Below, piece after piece: positions 49,219 to 59,031 of a stretch of 64,000 nt of DNA. The first letter of the stretch is position 1; each line of letters begins with the position of its first letter. The translations under genes were made by a program, and so were the position numbers. Under the pieces are notes generated by a model. It had not been told where the DNA came from, ran no database searches, and saw only the letters and a program-made list of their open reading frames with translations. This DNA is from an uncultured delta proteobacterium (GTDB lineage Bacteria; Desulfobacterota; Desulfomonilia; UBA1062), in contig CAWCTR010000017.1 in assembly GCA_963798485.1 (NCBI GenBank), forward strand, positions 64,001 through 128,000. The letters run 5' to 3'.

Positions 49219-49779
49219 TTACCCTCCGATTATCGTGTTTTCATATGCCAGCAGGGCTGCCTGGGCATTTTTATCCGGCCTGCGATCCGAGAATTCTTCC
49301 TTGATGGCCTGTATAAGTGTCTCCATACCGATGATAGCGCTGGCAAAGGCAAATGCGCCGATGATGCCGGAATTTACCATTCCGTCGGGAAGCCCTGCCT
49401 TTATTGAGAGCGAGCTCACATCACAGACAGCCACCTTCCTCCCGTCAAACCGGTAGTCATCGATGCTGCAGGGTGAATTGACGACAATGAGGCCGTCTTC
49501 CTTCAACCCGCTTACGATATTTTCCTCTTCCAGTAAAACGTGGTCGAGCACGACGATGATGTCGGGTTTCTCAATGGGGGAGAGGTCATATATCTTTTTT
49601 TTGGAGATTTTAAGCGAGGTGAAAACCGGCGCACCCCTCCTCTCGGTCCCGAAGGTCGGCACCATGACCACACCTGCATAGCCCGAGGCAAACATGGCCT
49701 TGGCCAGAATCTTTGCCGCAGTAATGGCGCCCTGTCCGCCGCGACCATGCCACCTGATATCGATCTTGTCATTCTTCAT
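49219..49779 (-). CDS. porC: 2-oxoacid:ferredoxin oxidoreductase gamma subunit
   Basis: HGRGGQG, FG.ERRGAPV. Confidence 0.9.
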   Translation of the reverse strand: MKNDKIDIRWHGRGGQGAITAAKILAKAMFASGYAGVVMVPTFGTERRGAPVFTSLKISKKKIYDLSPIEKPDIIVVLDHVLLEEENIVSGLKEDGLIVVNSPCSIDDYRFDGRKVAVCDVSSLSIKAGLPDGMVNSGIIGAFAFASAIIGMETLIQAIKEEFSDRRPDKNAQAALLAYENTIIGG

Positions 49780-50012
49780 GGTTTCCCTGCTGCCTTAATA
49801 TGTCTTTATGTCAGATTTTTGACTGAATCGGATTGTATGGTTCTTGTGTAATATGTGTAATAGAAGATAATATTGTGGCCATTTTCCATGTGCTGCGGTT
49901 CCTAAGTGAGCTGATCTTCTCTGTTTCCCGTTTCCGTACTGCATGCATCTTATGCTTCGTGGCCGGCATGTACAATGCCGAGTCACTATATATCAAGACC
50001 AGGGATTAATCA

Positions 50013-50028
50013 AGGCACATACTTTGCA
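50013..50028 (+). promoter_or_regulatory. Putative sigma-54 promoter of GGDEF-PilZ pair
   Basis: AGGCACATACTTTGCA: GG-N10-GC, ~43 bp before ATG 50071. Confidence 0.6.
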
Positions 50029-50070
50029 TTAAGCCAGAGTGTTATAAGTGATCAAACACAAAGGGGAGAT

Positions 50071-51051
50071 ATGATGATCGTACGAGAAGCCAGTGAATCA
50101 TCGATGAGAAGAAAGGCAGTGTCCCACGATCAGAACCGGAACCGGCCATTAGGGTTGTTCACCGAGAGCATCATGAGCCTCTTGATGAGCCATAATACCC
50201 AAAGCGCCTTTACGGAACTGGCCTCACTCATGGGGCAGACCTTTCCCTTGGCTTCACCCGCCCTCTATACCAGGACAAAAGGGTTGGAGATGAGGGCATA
50301 CTCGGTGCTTGAAGGCAAAGATGGGGGGGATTATGATGCCATGAGGGTGTTAGGGTCCGAACGGTTCACCTATACACGGGTGCTGGCCGGCGGGCAGGCC
50401 CCATATAGCCCATCCAGGATCGATATCTCTCTGGTAAGCAGCACGTATATGCAGGTGATTCTCTCAATTAATCCAGGTGTTCACGAGGCCATTTTCCGGG
50501 ATTGGGCCAATTATTTGACGCCCGCCATTACCAAATTGATGGACTATGAACTCCTCATGAACATGGCATTCAGGGATGGACTCACCGGACTGCTCAATTA
50601 CCGGGCCTTCTCCGAGACCCTTATTGTTGAGGGGGATCGTGCACGGCGCTACAAGACAACCTTCTCACTCATGATGGTTGATATCGACCATTTCAAGCGG
50701 GTAAACGATGAACATGGTCATCAGGTTGGTGACATGGTTCTCAGTACTATTGCAAGCAGGTTTCAGAGCAGGCTTCGCAAGAGCGACATGGTATTCCGTT
50801 ACGGGGGCGAGGAATTCATGATATTACTTCCCCAGACCGGGATTTATAAGGCGTCTCTTCTGGCTGAGAGATTACGCGTTGCGGTTGAGAAGATGAGCTT
50901 CCAGGGAGATCTTGCCATTACCATCAGTATCGGTATCGGTCAATATCAGGATGGACGAACGCATACGGATCTTGTAAAACAGGTAGACACAGGACTCTAT
51001 CTCGCAAAAGCCAAGGGCCGAAATCGCGTAGAAATCTATAAAGACATCTAG
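50071..51051 (+). CDS. Diguanylate cyclase
   Basis: DGLTGL.N, DIDHFK.VND..GH..GD, RKSD I-site, RYGGEEF. Confidence 0.92.
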   Translation: MMIVREASESSMRRKAVSHDQNRNRPLGLFTESIMSLLMSHNTQSAFTELASLMGQTFPLASPALYTRTKGLEMRAYSVLEGKDGGDYDAMRVLGSERFTYTRVLAGGQAPYSPSRIDISLVSSTYMQVILSINPGVHEAIFRDWANYLTPAITKLMDYELLMNMAFRDGLTGLLNYRAFSETLIVEGDRARRYKTTFSLMMVDIDHFKRVNDEHGHQVGDMVLSTIASRFQSRLRKSDMVFRYGGEEFMILLPQTGIYKASLLAERLRVAVEKMSFQGDLAITISIGIGQYQDGRTHTDLVKQVDTGLYLAKAKGRNRVEIYKDI

Positions 51052-51083
51052 TTTATTAACATAAGCATAATTAGGATAATGAA

Positions 51084-51911
51084 ATGAATATTGACAATTT
51101 GCTTGACCTGGGAGCAGGGCTTTATGCCTCCGGCCCTGATGGGAAAAAGGTAAAGGGCACGATAACTGATATTAATGAAGAGGATATATTCATTTTTGTG
51201 CCTGAATCAGGCATTGAGGTTGCTTTGGGTGAAATCTTGAAGGTGACGGACGGCGAGGACTCCGTGCTTGCCAAGATTATTGAGCGGACAGGAAAAGGCT
51301 TTAGGCTCTCTATCGAATGCTATTTATCCCCGGGCCATGAAAGACGCCAGGATGTCAGGATTTATGACAAGGTCTACCATCACGTGGGCTTAATCTGCCA
51401 TGCAAGCGAAAAAACACGCTTGTTGCCGGTCGCGTTAGAGCGCATTCATGCAAACAAGCTCATCATCGATTCGTTTCTCAAGGGGAAATATGGATATCCC
51501 GGCGCTGATGAATCAGCCTACCAAAAGGAGACACCGGTGAACCAGAATCTCTGGGAGATCAACCGGAAACTCGATCTTTTGATCCATATGTTCCTTGCAG
51601 AAGAATTCCGGTCTCTCATGAACAGCACGCTTAAGGATGTCAACATCTCGGCCACCGGCCTCCGGTTTCTATCAGAGCAGGCATATGAGATAGGTGATCT
51701 TGTGGAGATCCACCTCATCCTGCCCATGGTTCCGCTCCTTTTTGTCAGGTTTGCAGGCGAGGTTATCCGTGTCAAAGGGCTCACAAGCTCTCAAGCCAGA
51801 CGCTATGCCGTGGCTGTGAAATATCTCCAGGTCGATAATGATACAAAAGAGGATATCATCCGCTATCTCTTCAGAAGGCAGCGCGAGGTCTTGAGGAAAA
51901 GGCAGTCATAA
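51084..51911 (+). CDS. PilZ domain protein
   Basis: ERRQDVR and NISATG motifs. Confidence 0.82.
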   Translation: MNIDNLLDLGAGLYASGPDGKKVKGTITDINEEDIFIFVPESGIEVALGEILKVTDGEDSVLAKIIERTGKGFRLSIECYLSPGHERRQDVRIYDKVYHHVGLICHASEKTRLLPVALERIHANKLIIDSFLKGKYGYPGADESAYQKETPVNQNLWEINRKLDLLIHMFLAEEFRSLMNSTLKDVNISATGLRFLSEQAYEIGDLVEIHLILPMVPLLFVRFAGEVIRVKGLTSSQARRYAVAVKYLQVDNDTKEDIIRYLFRRQREVLRKRQS

Positions 51912-51983
51912 ACACCAAGGTGTACCTGCCTTCATCCCTCATGATTGACTTCATAATAACGCTTGGCCTATAGATGCTAGGCT

Positions 51984-54239
51984 GTGACGCGCACAAAAAA
52001 AATTGCCCTATCGATAGTCCTTGCATTGGGATTATTTTGTATACTGTATGGTGCAGTATTAACGCTCAATGTCTATCGGGAGATGATGAAGATCAACACC
52101 GGGTCCCTTTGGCATCTGCCCACCAGGATCTACAGCGCTCCGTTTGATCTTGCCCCAGGGGTGGACATCAGACGATCGGGTCTGATGTCCAGGCTTACCC
52201 ATCTGGGATACCGAAGTGCTTCCACCGTGGCATCGCCGGGCCAATATCATCTATTCAAAGGTGGTATCATCATCTATCTCCATCCATTCGAATATCCCGA
52301 TGGTGTCCGGAAGGCCGAAAAGGTAAGGGTGTTTCTGGATGGAAATCAGGTAAAGACGATTGTCTCAGATAAAACCCGCCAGGAAATCGCATCGGCCAGG
52401 CTGGAGCCTGAATGCATTACAACCGTTTACGATGCCGGATTTGAGGACAGAGAGCTCATCAAACGTAAGGAATGCCCGGCGCAATTGATCAATGCCCTCT
52501 TGTGCGTTGAGGACAAGAGGTTTTACGAACACTCTGGCATCGACCTAAGGTCCATGATAAGGGCGCTGTTTGCGGATATGTTCCACGCCCATGTGGTTGA
52601 GGGAGGCTCCACCATCACCCAGCAGCTCGTCAAGAATCTGTTCCTTACTCATGAGAGGACGTTGAGCCGGAAGCTCAAGGAGATATGGCTGTCTTCAATC
52701 ATGGAGATGGTCTTTACCAAGGATGAGATCCTCACCATGTATATGAACGAGATCTACCTTGGGCGCTTCGGTCCTGCAGGCATCTATGGGTTCGGCAGGG
52801 CCTCAAAGATCTTCTTCGATAAGGGCGTCACTGATCTTACCCTTAATGAAGCAGCCTTGCTTGTCGGTCTCATTCGTGCACCGAACATCTACTCCCCATA
52901 TACGCATCCGAAGATGGCGCTTGAGAGGAGAGACACCGTACTGGCTGCTATGAGAGACCAAGGCAGGATCACGTCCACGCAATACGACCAGGCAGTACAC
53001 AAACCCCTAAGCGTAGTCTCATTCATCACACCCTCAAGGCAGGCCCCGTTCTTTATCGATCATGTCCTGTCTTCGGCAGGCGCCCTCTATCCTGAAGAAG
53101 AATTTCTCACAAAAGGCGGATTCCGTATCTTCACGACCCTTGACATGAACATGCAAAGGATCATGGAAGAAGTCTTAGAAAGTGGAACAGCATCACTTGC
53201 AAAGAATATCCAGGTTGCATCGGTCATTATCAATCCCGCAACCGGAGCAATAAAGGCCATGGTGGGCGGCAGGGACTATGGAACATCTCAGTTCAACAGG
53301 GTCACCTCCATCAGGCGAAGTATCGGATCTCTGGTTAAGCCCATTATCTATTACTCCGCCCTCAAGGATGGCTACTGCCTGTCGAGCATCCTGGATGACA
53401 GCCCCCTGACGGTAAAGCTTGAGAACAAGAGCACCTGGGCGCCAATGAATTTTGACAAGGTGAGTCACGGCAACATCTTGCTCTTAAATGCCCTGGCCCG
53501 GTCCTACAATCTGGCTACGGTCCGGCTCGGACTTGCCGTGGGCCTTGAGAGTATTATTCCTGAGGTGAGAAATGTGCTTCCCCGTACAACCGTACTCAAG
53601 CAGCCGTCACTGTTGCTTGGAGCCATCCAATGTTCGCCCCTTGATGTTGCGGGCATGTATTCGGTCTTTGCCACCGGGGGGGTAAGGGTTGAGCCCCGGA
53701 GTCTGGAGGCTATTGTAGACGAACACGGGGCCGTATTCTGGAGGTCGGCGCACAAGCAACCCCAGAGGGTTCTCGACCCCGGGCCCACATATCTTCTCAA
53801 TACGGCACTCCAGGAGACAATCCGCAGTGGTACGGCCAAGACGGCCAAGGCCTATGGTGTCCCTGATGGGATATGCGCCAAGACCGGAACCACCAATGAG
53901 TTGAGAGACTCATGGTTCGCTGCCTATACGCCTGACATGGTGTTCATAACCTGGCTCGGGGATGATGCCTTCAGGGCTATCGGATACACGGGTGCAACAG
54001 GGGCCATGCCTTTTGCCGCCAGGATTGTTGCCCGGCTTGCCATGCCCAGACAATGGGAAATGCCTGATAATGTGACCTTGTGCGCTATTGATCCCATAAA
54101 CGGCAAACGCGCCACAAGCTGGACCGATTCCCCGGTCACGCTGCCTTTTATGAAAGGTGCAGAGCCAAAAGAGGCTTCAGAAGAAGGTATGCCCGGTTTA
54201 TGGAAGGCGTTGAAGCACATATTTCCATTCGGGCAATGA
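51984..54239 (+). CDS. mrcB: Bifunctional penicillin-binding protein 1B
   Basis: TM, UB2H-like region, EDKRFYEH, GGSTITQQLVKN, SLVK, SYN, KTG. Confidence 0.9.
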   Translation: MTRTKKIALSIVLALGLFCILYGAVLTLNVYREMMKINTGSLWHLPTRIYSAPFDLAPGVDIRRSGLMSRLTHLGYRSASTVASPGQYHLFKGGIIIYLHPFEYPDGVRKAEKVRVFLDGNQVKTIVSDKTRQEIASARLEPECITTVYDAGFEDRELIKRKECPAQLINALLCVEDKRFYEHSGIDLRSMIRALFADMFHAHVVEGGSTITQQLVKNLFLTHERTLSRKLKEIWLSSIMEMVFTKDEILTMYMNEIYLGRFGPAGIYGFGRASKIFFDKGVTDLTLNEAALLVGLIRAPNIYSPYTHPKMALERRDTVLAAMRDQGRITSTQYDQAVHKPLSVVSFITPSRQAPFFIDHVLSSAGALYPEEEFLTKGGFRIFTTLDMNMQRIMEEVLESGTASLAKNIQVASVIINPATGAIKAMVGGRDYGTSQFNRVTSIRRSIGSLVKPIIYYSALKDGYCLSSILDDSPLTVKLENKSTWAPMNFDKVSHGNILLLNALARSYNLATVRLGLAVGLESIIPEVRNVLPRTTVLKQPSLLLGAIQCSPLDVAGMYSVFATGGVRVEPRSLEAIVDEHGAVFWRSAHKQPQRVLDPGPTYLLNTALQETIRSGTAKTAKAYGVPDGICAKTGTTNELRDSWFAAYTPDMVFITWLGDDAFRAIGYTGATGAMPFAARIVARLAMPRQWEMPDNVTLCAIDPINGKRATSWTDSPVTLPFMKGAEPKEASEEGMPGLWKALKHIFPFGQ

Positions 54240-54256
54240 TATAATGTAAATGGTTT

Positions 54257-54441
54257 GTAGGGGCGGGCCTTGTGCCCGTCCTGTAGTATGGGTGGAAGTG
54301 AATAGTAAATGGAAATGGCTGTAAGAGCGGCTTCAGCCGCGATGGTTGTTCGTCGATGGTTGTAGGGGCAGGCCTTGTGCCTGCCCTGACCCCTTAGATG
54401 TTGAATCCATGTGCGGGGTTTCGTTCCTCAACCCCGCCTAC
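54257..54441. repeat. Cluster of REP-like GTAG-hairpin elements
   Basis: GTAGGGGCGGGCCTTGTGCCCGTCC, GTAAGAGCGGCTTCAGCCGC, GTAGGGGCAGGCCTTGTGCCTGCCC, GCGGGGTT..AACCCCGCCTAC. Confidence 0.7.
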
Positions 54442-54680
54442 CGCCTAGATTTGATCGTACAATAATGGTGGCGTAGTTATATTGGAGCCTTACAAGTCAT
54501 TAAAGACTAATGGTCTTGAGTAAAGATCCATGTACGTACAACCCTGACTCAGGCCATGACGTTTGGCAATAAATCAACGGTTTCTTTGTGGGATGTTTTA
54601 ATACATATTAACAGCAGTTGACCATTAACTTTCTTGATTTCCAACTAAGCAGATAGTTAGCACATAGACAAGGAGAATCC

Positions 54681-55967
54681 ATGAAAAACAGAAGCTTATT
54701 AACTTGGGTTAAGAGCTTGGCAGCACAAGGTGGGATTATTGTCTTCTTCATCATGGCATTTGAAGTCATGATAATGATCAGCCCCTTTGCATTCTTCTTC
54801 TATTCCGTTTTCAATCCTGTACTCCATCAACTGGGGAGCCATATGGCAACAAGGTGGATGACAGATTTTTTCCTGCCACATATGATCCTTCCACCTACTT
54901 TATTTCTGAAAACAATCCGTATATTGGGCTCTGGTCTTTTTGTTATCGGCTCCGTAACCTTCGTTATCTGTGCACTCCAGGTCTACCTTGGGAAAATCTT
55001 TAAATGGGGTATAGCAAGCAGAGGGCTCTACAGAGTAATCAGACATCCACAGTACCTTGCCTTGAGCCTATGGGGTATAGGGATGACTATCCTTTGGCCC
55101 AGATTCCTTGTCCTGGTAACACTTTCTATAATGTTCATACTCTACTACTTCTTAGCCAAAGATGAAGAGAGAAGGATGCTCAGCCGGTACGGAGAAAGCT
55201 ATCACAGATATATCGAGCAAACTGGAATGTTTCTTCCTCGTCCTTTTGAAAATTGGATTCCTGATCTGTTCAGTGGAACCGGCAATCACCTGCTTAAGTA
55301 TGCAGTTATTATTTTGGGGATTCCCCTGATCGTCATCGGATCAGGCTTCCTTCTCAGAGCTATTACCATGCACTCACTCCTATTTGAATCCGGCAGCAAT
55401 ATAACCCTGGTGTCAATCCTTCCGGAAGACGATGGTATGAGCAATAAGATCATCAATGATATTTCAGCAGGAGGTCGTACCATAGCCCGATTATCTTTTC
55501 TTCAGCCTGGCAAGGACTATCTTGGCTATGTCATGCCTCCGGATTACATCATGCAGGGGATGATTGCCGATACCGGTGATGAGTTCCACCTGCACAAGCA
55601 GCAGCATACCTTTGCCCTCATAACAGACTGGGTTCTTAATCCCTTCGAACACCTGAGACGTTCTCCCTCGGCTGTCATGGCAAAGATGTATGGTGTTGAT
55701 CCTGCAATGGCAAGACGACACCACTGCCCTCTAGCAATAAATGATGAATCTATCCAATGTGAGACCTGTCCATACAGACGTGTGGTCTTTATCGAGATAG
55801 ACCATGACGTAAAAGGGCATTTTTCACAAAAGAGCCTTTTCTCCTTCGATGCAGAACGGGTTCCGGTTTGCTTCATCGATATCAATGCCCTGACCGGTGA
55901 AATTGTAAATATAAGAAAGGTCCAGAAGGCTACTGCTTGGAAGGATGTACCCACTCCAACCATCTGA
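54681..55967 (+). CDS. ICMT/PEMT-like membrane methyltransferase with C-terminal extension
   Basis: GLYR.IRHPQY, EE..M...YG..Y..Y motifs; AAGGAG RBS. Confidence 0.8.
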   Translation: MKNRSLLTWVKSLAAQGGIIVFFIMAFEVMIMISPFAFFFYSVFNPVLHQLGSHMATRWMTDFFLPHMILPPTLFLKTIRILGSGLFVIGSVTFVICALQVYLGKIFKWGIASRGLYRVIRHPQYLALSLWGIGMTILWPRFLVLVTLSIMFILYYFLAKDEERRMLSRYGESYHRYIEQTGMFLPRPFENWIPDLFSGTGNHLLKYAVIILGIPLIVIGSGFLLRAITMHSLLFESGSNITLVSILPEDDGMSNKIINDISAGGRTIARLSFLQPGKDYLGYVMPPDYIMQGMIADTGDEFHLHKQQHTFALITDWVLNPFEHLRRSPSAVMAKMYGVDPAMARRHHCPLAINDESIQCETCPYRRVVFIEIDHDVKGHFSQKSLFSFDAERVPVCFIDINALTGEIVNIRKVQKATAWKDVPTPTI

Positions 55968-56055
55968 CATTCGGGCAGCTCTGATGCTGCATACAGAGCC
56001 TTATAAAAGATCTTATGTTCGGATAGTAGTGTAGTACTATAGAGAGTTATCCTTC

Positions 56056-56952
56056 ATGGAAGAGACTTATGTCACCAGATCTCAGGGGGAGCTTACACTC
56101 CTTCACCTGTTCTTTTCTTTCTTAAGACTTGGCATTACTGCATTCGGTGGGCCTGCCATGATTGCTTATATCCGAAAGATGGTTGTCATCCAGAAACAAT
56201 GGCTAGATGGAGAAACCTTTCAAAATGGTACAGCTCTCTGCCAGTCAATACCAGGTGCAACCGTGATGCAGATGGTTGCCTATATCGGTCTTAGAATACG
56301 AGGGGTGAAAGGGGCTGTAGTAAGTTTCATCGGATTCGGTCTTCCTGCTTTTCTCCTCATGATGATATTTTCAATTTGTTATACCTCCATGCTCTCTTTA
56401 CATAAGGTCACTTCAGCCCTCAGTGGCCTGCAGGCTATCATCATCGCTGTGATAGCAAACAGTGCCATTACCAAGATCGACTTACTTGCATTTGGAGGAG
56501 GGTTCACTTCAGTGCCTCTCATGTATCATGAGGTTGTCGAGATTCACTCCTGGTTAGACAGACAGACATTCCTCAATGGGATCATCCTTGGTCAGTTTTC
56601 TCCTGGCCCTATTGTAATCACGGCAACATTTGTTGGGTACCTTATGCACGGTATCCTGGGAGCATTTGTTGCCACTATAGCTATATTCCTCCCATCTTTT
56701 TTACTCGTGATCGGTGTTTCTCCCTGGTTCGACAGGTTATTGGCATTGCCATATTTCTCCAGGACAATTAATGGAATCTTGTGCTCTTTCATAGGGCTTC
56801 TCATTATGGTTGCCATTCGTTTTAGTTTCATGGTTCACTGGGATTCTTCCCATATCCTTCTTGCTTCAGCCGCTTTTGGAGCATTACTATTGAATATTGA
56901 TCTCCTCTGGGTAGTGGTTTTTGGGTCTACTATCTCAGTCTTCATTTTTTAG
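56056..56952 (+). CDS. chrA: Chromate transporter, apparently internally deleted
   Basis: Two CHR halves (AFGG..Q..PG; AFGGG..GQ..PGP) but only 298 aa with no inter-domain segment. Confidence 0.75.
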   Translation: MEETYVTRSQGELTLLHLFFSFLRLGITAFGGPAMIAYIRKMVVIQKQWLDGETFQNGTALCQSIPGATVMQMVAYIGLRIRGVKGAVVSFIGFGLPAFLLMMIFSICYTSMLSLHKVTSALSGLQAIIIAVIANSAITKIDLLAFGGGFTSVPLMYHEVVEIHSWLDRQTFLNGIILGQFSPGPIVITATFVGYLMHGILGAFVATIAIFLPSFLLVIGVSPWFDRLLALPYFSRTINGILCSFIGLLIMVAIRFSFMVHWDSSHILLASAAFGALLLNIDLLWVVVFGSTISVFIF

Positions 56953-57065
56953 CTCTGATATCTCATAATACCTATCTTGGCATTGTATCTGTTTATAGTT
57001 GACATATAACTGCTATTATACTAATTTACAATATTATAAATAGGTAATCAACCAGGAAGGGATAG

Positions 57066-57266
57066 ATGCCAAAGGCCAAAGAAGATAGAAAAGCCGATAC
57101 TGCTGTGCACAAGGCAAATATTCTCAAGGCACTTGCACATCCTCTGAGGGTAAGGATTTTTGAAGCCATTGCTGATGGAGAAAAACCCATGCTTTCCTGT
57201 GTTGAACAGGCTGTATGCAACATTGCAGATGAGCACATGAAAGTAGCTGCATGTATTCGTAAGTAA
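57066..57266 (+). pseudogene. ArsR-family regulator, N-terminal part only
   Basis: KALAHPLRVRIF, then diverges before the HTH. Confidence 0.7.
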
Positions 57267-57339
57267 CCGGTGCTTATCGAAGATATGGTGATCAATACAG
57301 TGTATGCCATGTTCCTTTCAACCCTGAAGCCCAAAGAAG

Positions 57340-57613
57340 CCATGGATCTGGTACCTCTCTTGTTCTACTTCGTATTCATGTTCCTGGTTACCTTTTTCCT
57401 GGGCAGGAAGCTGGGAGGCAATTATCCACAATGTGCAACGGTGGGATTGACTGGTTCGTCCAATGACTTCGAGCTTGCCATTGCTGTGGCAGTTGCCGTA
57501 TTCGGCATCCAGTCCCAAGCTGCCTTTGCTACGGTTATTGGCCCCTCGTGGAGGTTCCTGTGCTCATCATGATGGTTAACCTGTCGTTGTACTTCAAGAA
57601 AAAATACTTCTAA
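57340..57613 (+). pseudogene. acr3: Acr3 arsenite efflux pump, C-terminal fragment, frameshifted
   Basis: [25 protein letters not shown] then shifted VEVPVL. Confidence 0.82.
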
Positions 57614-57639
57614 GGCAAGCAAGAAATAAGGAGGAAACC

Positions 57640-57891
57640 ATGACAACAATGAACATTAAGGTACTTGGCCCCGGCTGTATGAACTGTAAGAATCTTCTGG
57701 AGACCACAAAACAGGCAGTCAAGGATCTGAACGTAGATGCAACCATAGATTATGTGACCGACATGAAGGAGATCGTGAAGTACATCATGAGCACCCCTGG
57801 TCTTGTGCTCGATGAGCAGGTGGTTCACAAGGGGAAACCTCTACCTGACCTGGACAAGGTGAAATCCTTGATTAAAAACCATATAAAATAG
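57640..57891 (+). CDS. Small thioredoxin-like redox protein
   Basis: IKVLGPGCMNC, MSTPGLV. Confidence 0.88.
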   Translation: MTTMNIKVLGPGCMNCKNLLETTKQAVKDLNVDATIDYVTDMKEIVKYIMSTPGLVLDEQVVHKGKPLPDLDKVKSLIKNHIK

Positions 57892-57937
57892 GGAAGAGAC
57901 AACTGGTCCTTGGGTAAGCAATCAAAAGGTTGGAACA

Positions 57938-59011
57938 ATGGATATTGCAGACAACAGCAAGAGAATCATCAACGGGGTTGAACCTCAGAAGTCTTCTCTC
58001 CTAGAGTGGATCGGGAAGTTTACCCTCATGGGAGTACTATGGTGGCTGGTGTACTGGTCATTACAGCCTATTGCAGTCTGGCTGACCTATTCATTGCTTG
58101 GCCTTTCCAAAGGAGGCCATATAGGAGAAGCAGTATTCTTCTTTCTCTTTGAAGCTCCCAAAGTGCTTATGCTTCTGACGATCATTGTCTTTGTTGTGGG
58201 TATCATTCGTTCTTACTTCACCCCAGAACACACAAGGCAGATCCTGGCAGGTAAACGGGAGTCAGTAGGAAACGTGCTTGCTGCTATGCTCGGCATTGTG
58301 ACACCATTTTGTTCGTGCTCAGCAGTCCCTCTCTTCATGGGCTTTGTCCAGGCTGGAGTACCCCTGGGTGTAACCCTGTCCTTCCTCATTGCAGCTCCCA
58401 TGATCAATGAAATAGCTGTAGTACTTCTATTCGGGATGTTCGGATGGAAGGTAGCCCTCATGTACATAACCACTGGGCTCATCATTGCCATAGTTTCAGG
58501 ATTTGTCATCGGAAGGCTCAAGCTCGGAAGGTATGTCGAGGACTGGGTGTACGAGATGCAGGCAGCCCAGATTGATGCTGACATGCCCAGTCTGACCTTC
58601 ACTGACCGTATCATGATGGGCAAAGCTGCACTCATAGAGATTGTAGGAAAGGTGTGGCCTTATGTGCTGGCAGGGATTGCAGTGGGTGCAGGAATTCACG
58701 GATATGTCCCTGAAGGGTTCATGGCATCATTTATGGGAAAGAGTGCCTGGTGGGCTGTTCCTGCTGCTGTAGTCCTGGGTGTTCCCATGTACTCAAATGC
58801 AGCAGGGATCATACCCATCGTTCATGCCCTGCTCGAAAAAGGAGCTGCCCTTGGGACCGTACTGGCATTCATGATGGCAGTCATCGGGCTTTCCCTGCCT
58901 GAAATGATCATCCTGAGAAATGTTCTGAAAAGGCAGCTCATAGCTGTCTTTGTCGGTGTCGTTGCATCGGGGATTATTGTAGTGGGGTATCTGTTCAACT
59001 TCATATTCTGA
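57938..59011 (+). CDS. ArsP-like permease (DUF318)
   Basis: TPFCSCSAVP, GVPMYSNAAG, GLSLPE. Confidence 0.88.
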   Translation: MDIADNSKRIINGVEPQKSSLLEWIGKFTLMGVLWWLVYWSLQPIAVWLTYSLLGLSKGGHIGEAVFFFLFEAPKVLMLLTIIVFVVGIIRSYFTPEHTRQILAGKRESVGNVLAAMLGIVTPFCSCSAVPLFMGFVQAGVPLGVTLSFLIAAPMINEIAVVLLFGMFGWKVALMYITTGLIIAIVSGFVIGRLKLGRYVEDWVYEMQAAQIDADMPSLTFTDRIMMGKAALIEIVGKVWPYVLAGIAVGAGIHGYVPEGFMASFMGKSAWWAVPAAVVLGVPMYSNAAGIIPIVHALLEKGAALGTVLAFMMAVIGLSLPEMIILRNVLKRQLIAVFVGVVASGIIVVGYLFNFIF

Positions 59012-59031
59012 ACCGAAGGAATAGAAAAATA

